Positions 7,312-18,869 of a DNA stretch of 64,000 nucleotides are shown here, piece after piece (the stretch's first letter is position 1; the number at the start of each line of letters is the position of its first letter). Made by a program: the position numbers and the translations under genes. Under the pieces are notes generated by a model that saw only the letters and a list, made by a program, of their open reading frames with translations, made no database searches and was not told the origin of the DNA. This DNA comes from Escherichia coli (GTDB lineage Bacteria; Pseudomonadota; Gammaproteobacteria; Enterobacterales; Enterobacteriaceae), in the NCBI RefSeq assembly GCF_003018255.1, contig NZ_CP027440.1; one strand, written 5' to 3'.

Positions 7312-7958
7312 GGGGTAATCGCTTCCGGCGCTCTGGTGATTAAGCCAAAGCGCCGTAGCTGGCGGCAATGAAAGCGAGCGAGGAATATCACCGTCGTTAA
7401 TGCGCCAAGCAGCGCGCAGAACATATCGGATTGCGTGTCCCACTGGTCGCCCTGGGTGCCGAGAAAATCATCCGCTCCCTGACCCATTGCCAGCGCCGCC
7501 CACCACTCGATTAATTCATACATCGCGCTTATCGCCAGCGCCACGCAGCAGACCAGAAACGCCACCATCTTATGTCCGTGAACGTACATCCCGCGCACAA
7601 GGATCTCTCGTGCCACCAGTGCAGGCACCAGCCCCTGGAAAAAATGTCCCAGTTTGTCATACGGATTACGGCTCAACCCCAGCCATTCCTGCACCTCAAA
7701 ACCAACGGGGACTTTCGCGTAGGTGTATTGTCCGCCGACCATCAGGATGATGGCGTGAAAGAAAATGAGCGTATAGAGCAGCGGCGTTAACGGATAACGT
7801 TTAGCGGTGGCAAGCAGTAGCGGCACGACAATAATCACCGGTGTCACTTCCATCAGCCAGGTGAGTTTGTCATTGGCCGAAATGCCGGTATAAATCAGGA
7901 TTAACGTTAGCGCCAGTGCGCCGGTGTTAAGAATTAACGGCTTGAGTGTGCGGGTCAT
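7308..7958 (-). CDS. yjdF: inner membrane protein YjdF
   Basis: 216 aa hydrophobic ORF in the K-12 position next to fumB. Confidence 0.75.
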   Translation of the reverse strand: MTRTLKPLILNTGALALTLILIYTGISANDKLTWLMEVTPVIIVVPLLLATAKRYPLTPLLYTLIFFHAIILMVGGQYTYAKVPVGFEVQEWLGLSRNPYDKLGHFFQGLVPALVAREILVRGMYVHGHKMVAFLVCCVALAISAMYELIEWWAALAMGQGADDFLGTQGDQWDTQSDMFCALLGALTTVIFLARFHCRQLRRFGLITRAPEAITP

Positions 7959-8080
7959 GGTGAGTTCGCAAGTCAGGGAAAATACTGACTATTGACCAGT
8001 AAGCGTGAAATTACAATCGCAAAAGAGGTGGCCCAGGGGGATCACCTGGCAGCATGCTGCCAGGCGCTGGGCCGAAGAGG

Positions 8081-9727
8081 TTACTTAGTGCAGTTCGCGC
8101 ACTGTTTGTTGACGATTTGCTGGAAGAAGTCGTTACCTTTGTCATCGACCAGGATAAACGCCGGGAAATCTTCTACTTCGATTTTCCAGATAGCTTCCAT
8201 ACCCAGCTCCGGATAAGCGACGCATTCCAGATGCTTGATGCTCTGCTGCGCCAGTACCGCCGCCGGACCGCCGATACTACCGAGGTAGAAGCCGCCATGT
8301 TTATGACACGCGTCGGTAACCTGCTGACTGCGGTTACCTTTCGCCAGCATGATCATGCTGCCGCCGTGGGATTGCAGCAGATCCACGTAGGAGTCCATAC
8401 GACCTGCGGTGGTTGGGCCAAGTGAACCTGATGGATAACCGGCAGGGGTTTTCGCCGGACCCGCGTAGTAGATCGGGTGATCTTTGATGTACTGCGGCAG
8501 TTCTTTACCGGCGTCAATCAGCTCTTTCAGCTTGGCGTGTGCAATATCTCGGCCCACGATAATGGTGCCGGTGAGCGACAAACGAGTGGAAACCGGATAT
8601 TGCGAAAGCTGGGCGAGGATCTCTTTCATCGGGCGGTTAAGGTCGACCTTCACCGCTTCGCCTTCACCGGCCTGGCGCAGTTCTTGTGGAATGTACTGGC
8701 CTGGATTGCGTTCCAGCTTTTCGATCCAGATACCTTCGCGGTTGATTTTCGCTTTAATGTTACGGTCAGCGGAGCAGGAGACGCCCATGCCTACCGGGCA
8801 GGATGCACCGTGACGCGGCAGACGGATAACGCGAATATCGTGCGCGAAGTATTTACCACCAAACTGCGCGCCAAGACCGAGTTTCTGGGCCTCTTCCAGC
8901 AGTTCCTGTTCCAGCTGGACATCGCGGAACGCCTGACCATGTTCGTTCCCTTCCGTCGGCAGTTCATCGTAATAGTGGGCGCTTGCTAACTTGACGGTTT
9001 TCAGGTTGGTTTCCGCAGACGTACCGCCAATCACAAACGCGATATGGTACGGCGGGCAAGCTGCCGTACCGAGGGTACGCATTTTCTCGACGAGGAAGTT
9101 TTTCAGTTTGCCGGGCGTCAGCAGGGCTTTGGTTTCCTGGTAGAGATACGTTTTGTTGGCAGAGCCGCCGCCTTTCGCAACGCAAAGGAATTTGTACTCA
9201 TCGCCATCTACCGCGTACAGGTCGATTTGCGCAGGCAGGTTCGTGCCGGTGTTGACCTCTTTATACATGTCCAGCGGCGCGTTCTGTGAATAGCGCAGGT
9301 TATCTTCGATATAGGTGTTATAGACACCTTTCGACAGTGCTTCTTCATCACCGCCACCGGTCCACACGCGCTGGCCTTTTTTACCGACGATGATCGCGGT
9401 GCCGGTATCCTGGCAGGTCGGCAGCACGCCTTTGGCGGCGATTTCGGAGTTTCTTAAGAATTGCAGCGCCACGTACTTGTCGTTTTCGCTGGCTTCTGGA
9501 TCGTGAAGAATAGCCGCAACCTGTTTCTGGTGTGCTGGGCGGAGCATGAAAGAAGCGTCGTGAAAGGCTTGCTGCGCCAGCAGGGTCAGGGCTTCTGGTT
9601 CCACTTTCAGGATGGTTTCGCCGTCGAAGTCGGCAACGCTAACGTAATCGGAAGTGAGTAGATAGTATTCGGTATTGTCTTTCCCCATCGGGAAAGGTGC
9701 CTGGTAGATAAAGGGTTTGTTTGACAT
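8081..9727 (-). CDS. fumB: class I fumarate hydratase (anaerobic)
   Basis: 548 aa; recognised sequence and synteny. Confidence 0.9.
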   Translation of the reverse strand: MSNKPFIYQAPFPMGKDNTEYYLLTSDYVSVADFDGETILKVEPEALTLLAQQAFHDASFMLRPAHQKQVAAILHDPEASENDKYVALQFLRNSEIAAKGVLPTCQDTGTAIIVGKKGQRVWTGGGDEEALSKGVYNTYIEDNLRYSQNAPLDMYKEVNTGTNLPAQIDLYAVDGDEYKFLCVAKGGGSANKTYLYQETKALLTPGKLKNFLVEKMRTLGTAACPPYHIAFVIGGTSAETNLKTVKLASAHYYDELPTEGNEHGQAFRDVQLEQELLEEAQKLGLGAQFGGKYFAHDIRVIRLPRHGASCPVGMGVSCSADRNIKAKINREGIWIEKLERNPGQYIPQELRQAGEGEAVKVDLNRPMKEILAQLSQYPVSTRLSLTGTIIVGRDIAHAKLKELIDAGKELPQYIKDHPIYYAGPAKTPAGYPSGSLGPTTAGRMDSYVDLLQSHGGSMIMLAKGNRSQQVTDACHKHGGFYLGSIGGPAAVLAQQSIKHLECVAYPELGMEAIWKIEVEDFPAFILVDDKGNDFFQQIVNKQCANCTK

Positions 9728-9804
9728 AGCTTCCAGCCTGTAACTCTGTATTTGTTATTCGAAAATGGCGTGCCGCGTAGTCACGGGCGGCACGCAAAGT
9801 GCAT

Positions 9805-11145
9805 TTATAAGAACCCGTACATCGCGGCGAAGATCCAGCCGAAGACGCACGATACGCTCACACCAATCAACCCCGGCAGAATAAAGCTGTGGTTGATGAC
9901 GAAGCGACCGATGTGGGTGGTGCCGGAACGGTCAAACTGAATCGCTGCCAGATCGCTCGGATAAGTCGGCAGGATGTAATAACCGTAGCAAGCCGGTGCT
10001 GAAGCCACGATGTATGCCGGATCAACGCCGATCGCCAGCGCGACCGGAACAATCGCCGCCAGCGCCGCAGCCTGAGAGTTTACAAACTTGGAAACCAGCA
10101 GCAGAACAATGGCATAGGCCCACGGATACTCTTTCACCATTTCGCCCAGTACGCCCTGAATTTCAGACATATGCGCACCGAACATGGTTTCAGCCATCCA
10201 TGCGATACCGTACACCGCCACGATGGCGATCATACCGGAACGGAAGACTTCGTTTTTTGAGATAGACGCGGGATTGGTTTTGGTCAGGATAATAATCAGC
10301 GCCCCGGTCAGCAGCATAAACATCTGAATAACCAGTACCATCGACAGCGGTTTGCCACCGAAGGATGGACGCAGGTCCGAATCAGCACCAAGAAGTGCGA
10401 CTACAGCGATTGCCCCGAGGAAGATCCACATTGCAAGCCAGTTGCTTTTCGGCAGTTTTTTATCGAGCAGCGTCGCGGTATCACCGTAAACATACTCACG
10501 GTTTTCCGGTATGGAGATGAATTTCTGGAACTCTTCGTCTTTATCCAGATCTTTACCGCGGAACCAGCTGAAGATACCGATCGCCAGGATACCGATTAAC
10601 GTCGATGGAATGGTGATTGCCAGCAGGTCGAGGAACTCAAGATGGCGACCATCAAAGGTGACATTACCCAGCATCGCAACCAGAGACACGACTGCAACCG
10701 ACACCGGACTGGCGATAATCCCCATCTGTGCACCGATAGAACTTGCCGCCATCGGGCGTTCCGGACGGATGTTGTTCTTAATGGCGACGTCGTAGATGAT
10801 CGGCAGAATGGTGTAAACCACATGACCCGTACCGCAAAGAATGGTCAGCGTACAGGTCACAAACGGCGCGACAATTGAGACATATTTCGGGTTGCGGCGC
10901 AGCAGCTTCTCGGCAATTTGCAGCATGACATCAAGACCGCCCGAAGCTTGCAAGGTCGCCGATGCTGCCACCACCGCAATGATAACCAGCATGACATCAA
11001 CCGGTGGTTTACCTGGCTGAAGGTGGAAGACGAAGACCAGAATGACCAGACCGATACCGCCTAATAAACCCAGCGCGATACCACCCTTTCTGGCACCATA
11101 AAACAGACATATCAGTATTATGATAAGTTGGATAGTAAATAACAT
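9805..11145 (-). CDS. dcuB: anaerobic C4-dicarboxylate transporter DcuB
   Basis: 446 aa polytopic membrane protein, paralog of the ORF at 27873; synteny with fumB and dcuRS. Confidence 0.9.
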   Translation of the reverse strand: MLFTIQLIIILICLFYGARKGGIALGLLGGIGLVILVFVFHLQPGKPPVDVMLVIIAVVAASATLQASGGLDVMLQIAEKLLRRNPKYVSIVAPFVTCTLTILCGTGHVVYTILPIIYDVAIKNNIRPERPMAASSIGAQMGIIASPVSVAVVSLVAMLGNVTFDGRHLEFLDLLAITIPSTLIGILAIGIFSWFRGKDLDKDEEFQKFISIPENREYVYGDTATLLDKKLPKSNWLAMWIFLGAIAVVALLGADSDLRPSFGGKPLSMVLVIQMFMLLTGALIIILTKTNPASISKNEVFRSGMIAIVAVYGIAWMAETMFGAHMSEIQGVLGEMVKEYPWAYAIVLLLVSKFVNSQAAALAAIVPVALAIGVDPAYIVASAPACYGYYILPTYPSDLAAIQFDRSGTTHIGRFVINHSFILPGLIGVSVSCVFGWIFAAMYGFL

Positions 11146-11715
11146 GTGTGAACCCTCGCGATAATCCTATTTAAATTTTTGCTGAATAGATCACAGTCAC
11201 GTTCTGTTTTGTATGAACTGTTTTCAGAGCCTGACTAAATATCCGTTTGGTCGTTACCGGCTTGAGCAAATACCTCACAGTGAATATTGGCTGATTAAAG
11301 CAGCGGCAAATTTATGCACTGTGATAAGCGGCTTTTTCAGAGAGAAAAACTCTCTGGCGATGGGTTTATAGTTTGTACTGCGCAGATGTTAATGTTTTGT
11401 TTGCTGTTATCTTATTGATATTTATCGGTCTATTTTTTGTTCTCAGGGCAGATATCATTAGGTTTATAGATTAATCTGATCTACCCATTTGTGGGTAAAA
11501 ATACACATAATACGGGTGACATAATAGTTAATTAACTTTTGTTAGCGTTTTGAAATTAAAAACACCGTTCACCTGAAGAGATATTAATTTTTAGCGATGA
11601 TGGAGGGATAATTATATTTGATCTGGCACAAGTTTTACTGATGAAGGATGTAACTTGTGCCAGGGGTATTTTGCATTACAGTAATAATTATTACTTACAG
11701 ATAACCAGCGATCCG
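11146..11715. promoter_or_regulatory. dcuB upstream regulatory region
   Basis: 570 bp AT-rich non-coding region upstream of dcuB, as in K-12 where it carries the dcuB promoter; individual binding sites not mapped here. Confidence 0.4.
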
Positions 11716-12435
11716 TTATTGGCAATATTGTTTCAGTAGTGAGTAGTGTTCTGCCTGAATACGGTAACGGTAAACCGGACGCCCCGTGACGCCATAATGG
11801 ATACTGGTGAACAAGATGTGGCAGTTGACCAGCCAGATGAGGTATTTACGGCAGGAAACACGCGAAATGTTAACCTCGTTAGCCAGCTCGTCGGTTGAAA
11901 ACTCATAGTCCTGATGCGCGTCAATCCACTGACACAGCGTGCGTAACGTCTGCGGCGTTAAGCCTTTTGGCAAGCGACGAGGATCCTGCTCGTTGGAGCT
12001 GCTGCCGTGGATTAGCTGATCAAGCTCGGCCTGGTCATAATACTGATGTTTTTCCAGCGCCATTTTCTTTTGCCGCCAGCCGGTGAGCGCCTCTTCAAAG
12101 CGGGAAGCCTGGAAGGGTTTGATCAGGTAATCCACGACACCGTAATGCAGCGAATCTTTAATGGTTGCCGCATCGGCTGCGGAGGAGATGACAATCACAT
12201 CACTTTTGCAACGCGCGTTATGCAGGACAGGCAGTAAATCGAGCCCGTTCTCTTTTTGCATATAGATATCGAGCAATATCAGGTCGATAGGCGTATCGCT
12301 ATTGAAGATAATCTCTTTGGCTTTCTCCAGCGTCGAAGCCGTTCCACAGCATTGAAAGCCCGGGATTTGTGCCACGTATCGGCGATTCAGCTCCGCGACC
12401 ATTGCGTCGTCATCGATAATTAATACATTGATCAT
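11716..12435 (-). CDS. dcuR: response regulator DcuR
   Basis: 239 aa; receiver domain (LIIDDD...D) plus HTH; overlaps dcuS stop. Confidence 0.9.
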   Translation of the reverse strand: MINVLIIDDDAMVAELNRRYVAQIPGFQCCGTASTLEKAKEIIFNSDTPIDLILLDIYMQKENGLDLLPVLHNARCKSDVIVISSAADAATIKDSLHYGVVDYLIKPFQASRFEEALTGWRQKKMALEKHQYYDQAELDQLIHGSSSNEQDPRRLPKGLTPQTLRTLCQWIDAHQDYEFSTDELANEVNISRVSCRKYLIWLVNCHILFTSIHYGVTGRPVYRYRIQAEHYSLLKQYCQ

Positions 12436-14063
12436 CTGTTCGACCTCTCCCCGTCCCAGGGTATCTGGACAAAAAATTGTGTGAAAATCCCGGGTTCCGA
12501 TTCCACGGCGATGCTGCCGCCGAGATTTTCTACCTGTTGTTTGACAAGTGCTAAACCGACGCCTCGCTCGCTTCCTTTTGTCGAGACACCTTTGTCAAAA
12601 ATGTGATCGATTTTGTCGGGTGCGATCCCCGGTCCATCATCGTTAACTTCGCAGTGCAGCCAGCCGTGACGGTAGTGCAATGTTACGCTAATTTCGCCAC
12701 CGGGTTCCGGTCCTAATGCCTCCAGCGCGTTTTCTATCAGATTTCCCAACGTGGTAATCAGCGTCGCGACCTGATCCTCACTACCGCTGTCTGGCAGCTG
12801 GCTTTCACTGTTTAAAATCAGCGTATGGCCTAAATCGGTCGCGCGGTTAATCTTGCTGATTAAAAAACCAGCGATAACCGGAGATTTGATCTTACCCAGC
12901 AGAGAGCCAATCTCTTCCTGATAGTTATTGGCTGTTTTGAGAATGTAATCTTCCAACTGCTTATAACTCTTCAGATGCAATAATCCGAGAATCACATGCA
13001 ATTTATTCATAAATTCGTGGGATCGTTCACGAAGTGCGTCAGCATAGTTGACCAGACCGTCGAGTCGCTGCATCAGTTTACGTACTTCAGTTTTGTCCCT
13101 GAAGGTTGAAATGGCACCGATGATAACGCCATTACTGCGCACCGGAACGGTGTTGATCAGTAATAGTCGGTCCTTAATCGTAATCTCTTCGTCGCGGCGT
13201 GGAGTACCGTCGCGTAACACTTCCGAGACATCTACCACCTGTGACCACGAGTGGCTTAGCGTCGACAGTTTCTCATCGTCCTGCGACTTACGGTAATTCA
13301 GCAATTCTTGTGCGGCATCGTTGATCAGCGTGACTTCACCGCGATCGTCCACGGCAACGACGCCTTCTTTGATAGACTGCAACATGGCCTGGCGTTGCTC
13401 AAACAGCGTGGAGATTTCGTAGGGTTCCAGGCCGAAAAGGATTTTTTTCAGTACTTTAACCAGAATGCAGGTGCCGATCAGCCCGACCAGCATGCCAAAT
13501 AATACCGACCAGATGATGCTCCAGCGACTGTCATTGATCTGTTGGGTCACGCGACTTAACTCAAGGCCGATCGCCACCACGCCAATTTGTTTATGATTTT
13601 CATCGTAGATGGGGGTAAATACGCGTAAAGCCTGCGCCAGAAAACCGCGATTGATAGCGACATTTTCTTCGCCATTCAGCGCTTTAAGGATGTCATCACC
13701 TTTAAATGGCTGACCAATACGCTGGGCTTCAGGATGCGAGTAGCGAAGACTTTGCATATCGGTAACGACAATAAACAGCAGATCGTTGCGTTTGCGCACG
13801 GCTTCCGCGATGGCCTGGATTCCACTCTCCTGTGGTTTTTTCTGCAAGCCCTGACGGATTTCCGGCGAGTCGGCGAGGGTACGCGCTACTGCCAGTGCCT
13901 TGTTAGCTAGCCCGTCTCGCGTCATATCACTGATTTGCGAGAAGTAAATCAGATGCACCACCAATAGCACCGAGAACAGTACCGCGCTGACCATTAAGAT
14001 CACTGTGGTACTCAATTTCATCGGACGTTTGCGTAACATGCGGTAGGGCAATGAATGTCTCAT
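12432..14063 (-). CDS. dcuS: sensor histidine kinase DcuS
   Basis: 543 aa; N-terminal membrane helix and C-terminal kinase domain; synteny. Confidence 0.9.
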   Translation of the reverse strand: MRHSLPYRMLRKRPMKLSTTVILMVSAVLFSVLLVVHLIYFSQISDMTRDGLANKALAVARTLADSPEIRQGLQKKPQESGIQAIAEAVRKRNDLLFIVVTDMQSLRYSHPEAQRIGQPFKGDDILKALNGEENVAINRGFLAQALRVFTPIYDENHKQIGVVAIGLELSRVTQQINDSRWSIIWSVLFGMLVGLIGTCILVKVLKKILFGLEPYEISTLFEQRQAMLQSIKEGVVAVDDRGEVTLINDAAQELLNYRKSQDDEKLSTLSHSWSQVVDVSEVLRDGTPRRDEEITIKDRLLLINTVPVRSNGVIIGAISTFRDKTEVRKLMQRLDGLVNYADALRERSHEFMNKLHVILGLLHLKSYKQLEDYILKTANNYQEEIGSLLGKIKSPVIAGFLISKINRATDLGHTLILNSESQLPDSGSEDQVATLITTLGNLIENALEALGPEPGGEISVTLHYRHGWLHCEVNDDGPGIAPDKIDHIFDKGVSTKGSERGVGLALVKQQVENLGGSIAVESEPGIFTQFFVQIPWDGERSNR

Positions 14064-14242
14064 CAGCTTCCTTGTGTGACAAATTTCTTAAGCATTATCT
14101 CTGATGAGGCGGGTAATTCAAAGGGAGTAAGAATGATTGGCATATAGGGGAAGAGACTCTGGCAACGGAAACTGCCAGTGCTGTATGAAGATTCCAGGGC
14201 TATGCTTATAGTGAAAACCATACTGATGAGAGAGGGAAGGTC

Positions 14243-14473
14243 ATGGATCAGGCGCTACTGGACAGGGGTTATCGCTGTTATACCGGCGAAAAGATCGATG
14301 TCTATTTCAACACTGCGATATGTCAGCATTCTGGCAATTGCGTACGTGGCAACGGCAAGTTATTTAATCTCAAACGAAAGCCGTGGATCATGCCGGATGA
14401 AGTCGACGTCGCCACTGTGGTTAAAGTGATTGATACGTGCCCGAGCGGCGCGCTGAAATACCGTCATAAATAA
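14243..14473 (+). CDS. yjdI: small protein YjdI
   Basis: 76 aa cysteine-containing ORF in the K-12 position. Confidence 0.7.
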   Translation: MDQALLDRGYRCYTGEKIDVYFNTAICQHSGNCVRGNGKLFNLKRKPWIMPDEVDVATVVKVIDTCPSGALKYRHK

Positions 14474-14484
14474 GCGAGGGTAAA

Positions 14485-14757
14485 ATGGAAATACGCGAAG
14501 GCCACAATAAATTTTACATTAATGACGAACAGGGCAAGCAAATCGCTGAAATTGTCTTTGTGCCGACCGGAGAGAATTTAGCGATTATCGAACATACCGA
14601 TGTCGATGAAAGCCTGAAAGGGCAAGGGATTGGTAAACAGCTGGTTGCGAAAGTCGTGGAAAAAATGCGTCGGGAAAAACGAAAAATTATCCCACTATGC
14701 CCATTTGCGAAACACGAATTTGATAAAACGCGGGAGTATGATGATATTCGCAGTTGA
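14485..14757 (+). CDS. yjdJ: GNAT-like small protein YjdJ
   Basis: 90 aa ORF; synteny. Confidence 0.7.
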   Translation: MEIREGHNKFYINDEQGKQIAEIVFVPTGENLAIIEHTDVDESLKGQGIGKQLVAKVVEKMRREKRKIIPLCPFAKHEFDKTREYDDIRS

Positions 14758-14983
14758 TGGGAGAGTACAGAGTCACGATATTTTTCATGCTCTCCGCGGT
14801 GTGATGCAGGAGAGCATCTGAAGGGTAGGGGGATGCACAAAGAATGGGCAGAGAGCGCGTTTTTTTGTCCCAAGTCATCCCCTTTACTGAGCAAAAAAAA
14901 GAATATCTCCTATATGAGAATCATCAATCGGGGTTAATAAGTTTTGCGTCCCCAGAGCGTTTAATATTGATAGGAGTCATATT

Positions 14984-15280
14984 ATGGAAGGTAAAAACAA
15001 GTTCAATACTTATGTTGTTTCTTTTGATTATCCATCATCTTATTCCTCAGTGTTCTTAAGGTTAAGATCATTGATGTATGATATGAGTTTCTCCTCTATC
15101 GTGGCTGATGAATATGGGATACCACGACAACTGAATGAAAACTCCTTCGCAATAACGACATCGTTAGCCGCAAGTGAAATCGAAGATTTAATCAGGCTTA
15201 AATGCTTAGACTTACCGGATATTGACTTTGACCTCAACATTATGACAGTTGATGACTATTTCCGTCAGTTTTACAAGTAG
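14984..15280 (+). CDS. ghoS: GhoS antitoxin (type V toxin-antitoxin, endoribonuclease)
   Basis: 98 aa ORF immediately upstream of the ghoT-like small ORF; K-12 synteny. Confidence 0.8.
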   Translation: MEGKNKFNTYVVSFDYPSSYSSVFLRLRSLMYDMSFSSIVADEYGIPRQLNENSFAITTSLAASEIEDLIRLKCLDLPDIDFDLNIMTVDDYFRQFYK

Positions 15281-15307
15281 CCAGGAAGGATAAGAAGAAC
15301 ATAAAAA

Positions 15308-15481
15308 ATGGCACTATTCTCTAAAATATTAATTTTTTATGTGATTGGTGTGAACATATCCTTTGTCATTATCTGGTTTATCTCACATGAGAAAACACAT
15401 ATTCGTTTACTTAGTGCATTTCTGGTCGGAATAACCTGGCCAATGAGTCTGCCTGTGGCATTACTTTTTTCTCTCTTTTAG
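15308..15481 (+). CDS. ghoT: GhoT small membrane toxin
   Basis: Hand-translated 57 aa hydrophobic peptide MALFSKILIFYVIGVNISFVIIWFISHEK...; below the ORF-track size cutoff. Confidence 0.75.
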   Translation: MALFSKILIFYVIGVNISFVIIWFISHEKTHIRLLSAFLVGITWPMSLPVALLFSLF

Positions 15482-15599
15482 GAGCTGTAGTTGAGTGGAC
15501 CCGCTGGTTATCTTGAAACGAAGCGTCTCTCCTCAAAACTGGATTTGCGGAATGACGAACGAAGCAGTCGCCTGACTGCTTCGTTCATTAAAGTGAAAT

Positions 15600-17117
15600 T
15601 TATTTCAGTGGGCGCATCGCCGGGAAGAGAATAACGTCGCGAATAGTATGACTGTTTGTAAACAGCATAATCATTCGGTCGATACCAATACCCAGACCAG
15701 CGGTTGGCGGCAGACCATATTCCAGCGCAGTTACGTAATCTTCGTCATAGAACATGGCTTCGTCGTCACCTGCAGCTTTAGCGTTAACCTGTTCCTGGAA
15801 ACGTTCAGCCTGATCTTCTGCGTCGTTTAATTCGCTAAAACCATTACCAATTTCACGACCACCGATGAAGAATTCAAAACGGTCGGTGATTTCCGGGTTA
15901 ACATCATTACGGCGCGCCAGCGGTGACACTTCTGCCGGATATTCCGTGATAAAGGTTGGCTGAATCAGATGTGCTTCTGCCACTTCATCAAAGATCTCCG
16001 TGACAATGCGTCCCAACCCCCAGCTTTTCTCTACCGTAATTCCGATAGATTCAGCTAATGCTTTAGCAGCATCAAAATTATCCAGATCCGCCATATCGGT
16101 TTCTGGACGATATTTTTTGATTGCTTCGCGCATGGTGAGTTTTTCAAACGGTTTGCCGAAATCAAACACATGCTCGCCATAAGTGACTTTAGTGGTACCC
16201 AGTACCTCTTGTGCCAGAGTGCGGAACAGTGATTCCGTCAGTTCAATCAAATCGTGGTAATCCGCATACGCCATGTAGAGTTCCATCATCGTGAACTCAG
16301 GATTATGACGAACAGAAATACCTTCATTACGGAAGTTACGGTTGATTTCGAATACCCGTTCAAAACCACCTACAACCAGACGTTTCAGATATAGCTCCGG
16401 CGCGATACGCAGGTACATATCTAAATCCAGAGCGTTATGATGGGTAATAAACGGGCGAGCAGATGCTCCACCTGGAATTACCTGCATCATCGGGGTTTCT
16501 ACTTCCATAAAGCCGCGAGCGACCATGAACTGACGGATAGCGGCCAGAATTTTTGAACGGACAACAAACGTTTGACGGGATTTATCGTTAGCGATGAGGT
16601 CCAGATAACGTTGACGATAACGGACTTCCTGATCCTGCAGACCATGGAATTTATCTGGTAAAGGACGTAGTGCTTTAGTCAGCAGGCGCAGCTCAGTACA
16701 GTGAATGGAAAGCTCACCCGTTTGCGTCTTAAACAGCGTACCGCGGGCACCGATAATGTCACCCAGATCCCATTTTTTAAACTGATCGTTATAAACACCT
16801 TCTGGCAGGCTATCTCTTGCAACGTACAGTTGAATACGGCCACCGACATCCTGCAACGTTACAAAGGAGGCTTTCCCCATAATACGACGGGTCATCATTC
16901 GGCCAGCAACCGAGACTTCAATGTTTAAGGATTCCAGTTCCTGGTTATCCTTCGCATCAAACTCTTCGTGCAACTGGTCAGAGGTATGGTCGCGGCGAAA
17001 ATCATTGGGAAACGCCACACCTTGCTGACGTAGTGCCGCCAGTTTTTCGCGGCGATTTCTCAGTTCATCGTTAAAATCAATAGCCTCATTGGCTCCCCGT
17101 GTTTCTCGTTCAGACAT
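15600..17117 (-). CDS. lysU: lysyl-tRNA synthetase, inducible
   Basis: ORF 15600..17144; start set at [12 protein letters not shown] matching the class II LysRS N-terminus; lies next to the cad operon as lysU does. Confidence 0.9.
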   Translation of the reverse strand: MSERETRGANEAIDFNDELRNRREKLAALRQQGVAFPNDFRRDHTSDQLHEEFDAKDNQELESLNIEVSVAGRMMTRRIMGKASFVTLQDVGGRIQLYVARDSLPEGVYNDQFKKWDLGDIIGARGTLFKTQTGELSIHCTELRLLTKALRPLPDKFHGLQDQEVRYRQRYLDLIANDKSRQTFVVRSKILAAIRQFMVARGFMEVETPMMQVIPGGASARPFITHHNALDLDMYLRIAPELYLKRLVVGGFERVFEINRNFRNEGISVRHNPEFTMMELYMAYADYHDLIELTESLFRTLAQEVLGTTKVTYGEHVFDFGKPFEKLTMREAIKKYRPETDMADLDNFDAAKALAESIGITVEKSWGLGRIVTEIFDEVAEAHLIQPTFITEYPAEVSPLARRNDVNPEITDRFEFFIGGREIGNGFSELNDAEDQAERFQEQVNAKAAGDDEAMFYDEDYVTALEYGLPPTAGLGIGIDRMIMLFTNSHTIRDVILFPAMRPLK

Positions 17118-17353
17118 TTTGGTTCCTCTAAATCCAGCTTTCAATTTAGCGTAGATAAAGAGACAGATCGGTACACTGTATTATCTGCCTCGACTATTAA
17201 TAACTCAGTTTATCTTATCGAAACTAACGCTTACCTCAAGTTGATATCACTAATAAATAACCATAAAAATGGTTTAAATGACTTATTAATCTCGATTTGC
17301 TAGTGTGATAAACTGAAAGTTAATTTATTCATAACCAATTGTTTTTACGACAG

Positions 17354-18811
17354 TTAATCGTTGCTCTCCTGTATCATATTCGTCGGCGTGCTAAACAGAA
17401 AACGGGTAGCAAAGGCCAATACCACGATGATCGCGACACAAGCCAACGTCCACTCTCCCATCTGAGAAAAGAATCGCTGGTAAGCGGCAATTGCCATACC
17501 GCTAATTTGCGACTCTGTCGTCTGCTGTGCCACGACGCCTGCCAGCCAGTTGGCGACCGCGCCTGTTGCCAGCATATAAATACCGGTTAATACGCCAGAC
17601 ATTTTCAGACGCGTGATTTGCGCAATCGCCACCGGGTCAATAAAGAGTTCAGCAAAGCCCATTAGCGCCAGCCCGGATATCATCACGCCCATTGACGCTT
17701 GACCGCCAGCCGCTGCATGTCGGGCATCAAATGCCAGCAACATAAAGCCACAAGCCATCAGCAGTAGGCCAAAGGCAAACTTCAGCCAGACGCGCAATGC
17801 TGAATTGCCGCGGCTTTCTGGCGACGCCAGCCAGGCCAGAACAACCCCAGCGAGCATCACCGCAATAGCATTCACCGACTGGAATAGTGCTGTAGGTACT
17901 TCAATATTGAATGCCTGACGATTCACAAAGCGATCGATAAACAAGCTGATGGTACTGCCGCCCTGTTGTGCCAGTACCCAGAACAACGTCCCGACAAACA
18001 TCAACAATACAATTTGCCAAAGAGCACGGCGGTGTTCGGGGAATTTGATCATCATGCGGGCAATGATTTGTGCTGCAATGAGGCAAACGATCGCCAGCAA
18101 ATATCCGGACCAGTCGTTCTCCAGCAGCAGGGTAAAAAATACTGGGGCTAAACAGAGCATCACCACTAACCAGCTCCATACTGGTAAGGCAAATTTGACG
18201 CTAGTGAGCGCTTTTTTATCCATACTACGCGTGGACTGGAAATGACGATGACCACTTAAGAAAATCAACAAACCGATAAACATGCCGCCTCCCGCAAGGG
18301 CAAAGCCAACATGCCATCCATACCACTGAGCAGCCAGGCCGCAGGCGATGGGCGCGGCGATAGAACCGATATTGCCCGCAGCATATAGCAGCGAAAAACC
18401 GCCATCACGTCGATGATCGTTCTCGTCGTAGAGCTCGCCAAGCAAACAGCTGATGTTTGATTTGAATAAACCGTAGCCACAAATAATGATTGCCAGCGCC
18501 AGATACAGGCTAAAGGTTGAATTTGTATCAATGCCCAGCACCACATGGCCAAGGGTCATTAACAGCGCGCCGGCAATCACTGCAGTGCGGTTGCCGAGCA
18601 GGCGGTCGGCAAGCCAGCCGCCGAGAATAGGGGTAACGTAAACCAGAGAAGCATATGCGCTGAACAGGCTGATGGCATGGTTATCATCAAAACCAAGCTG
18701 ATGGGTGAGATAGAGAATGAGTAAGGCACGCATGCCGTAAAAACTGAAGTACTCCCAGATTTGGATCGCCACGATATAGTATATCGCGCGCGGCTGTGAG
18801 GGTGTTTTCAT
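17354..18811 (-). CDS. dtpC: dipeptide/tripeptide permease DtpC
   Basis: 485 aa POT-family transporter; synteny between lysU and cadA. Confidence 0.85.
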   Translation of the reverse strand: MKTPSQPRAIYYIVAIQIWEYFSFYGMRALLILYLTHQLGFDDNHAISLFSAYASLVYVTPILGGWLADRLLGNRTAVIAGALLMTLGHVVLGIDTNSTFSLYLALAIIICGYGLFKSNISCLLGELYDENDHRRDGGFSLLYAAGNIGSIAAPIACGLAAQWYGWHVGFALAGGGMFIGLLIFLSGHRHFQSTRSMDKKALTSVKFALPVWSWLVVMLCLAPVFFTLLLENDWSGYLLAIVCLIAAQIIARMMIKFPEHRRALWQIVLLMFVGTLFWVLAQQGGSTISLFIDRFVNRQAFNIEVPTALFQSVNAIAVMLAGVVLAWLASPESRGNSALRVWLKFAFGLLLMACGFMLLAFDARHAAAGGQASMGVMISGLALMGFAELFIDPVAIAQITRLKMSGVLTGIYMLATGAVANWLAGVVAQQTTESQISGMAIAAYQRFFSQMGEWTLACVAIIVVLAFATRFLFSTPTNMIQESND

Positions 18812-18869
18812 GTGTTCTCCTTATGAGCAAAAAAGGGAAGTGGCAAGCCACTTCCCTTGTACGAGCTAA

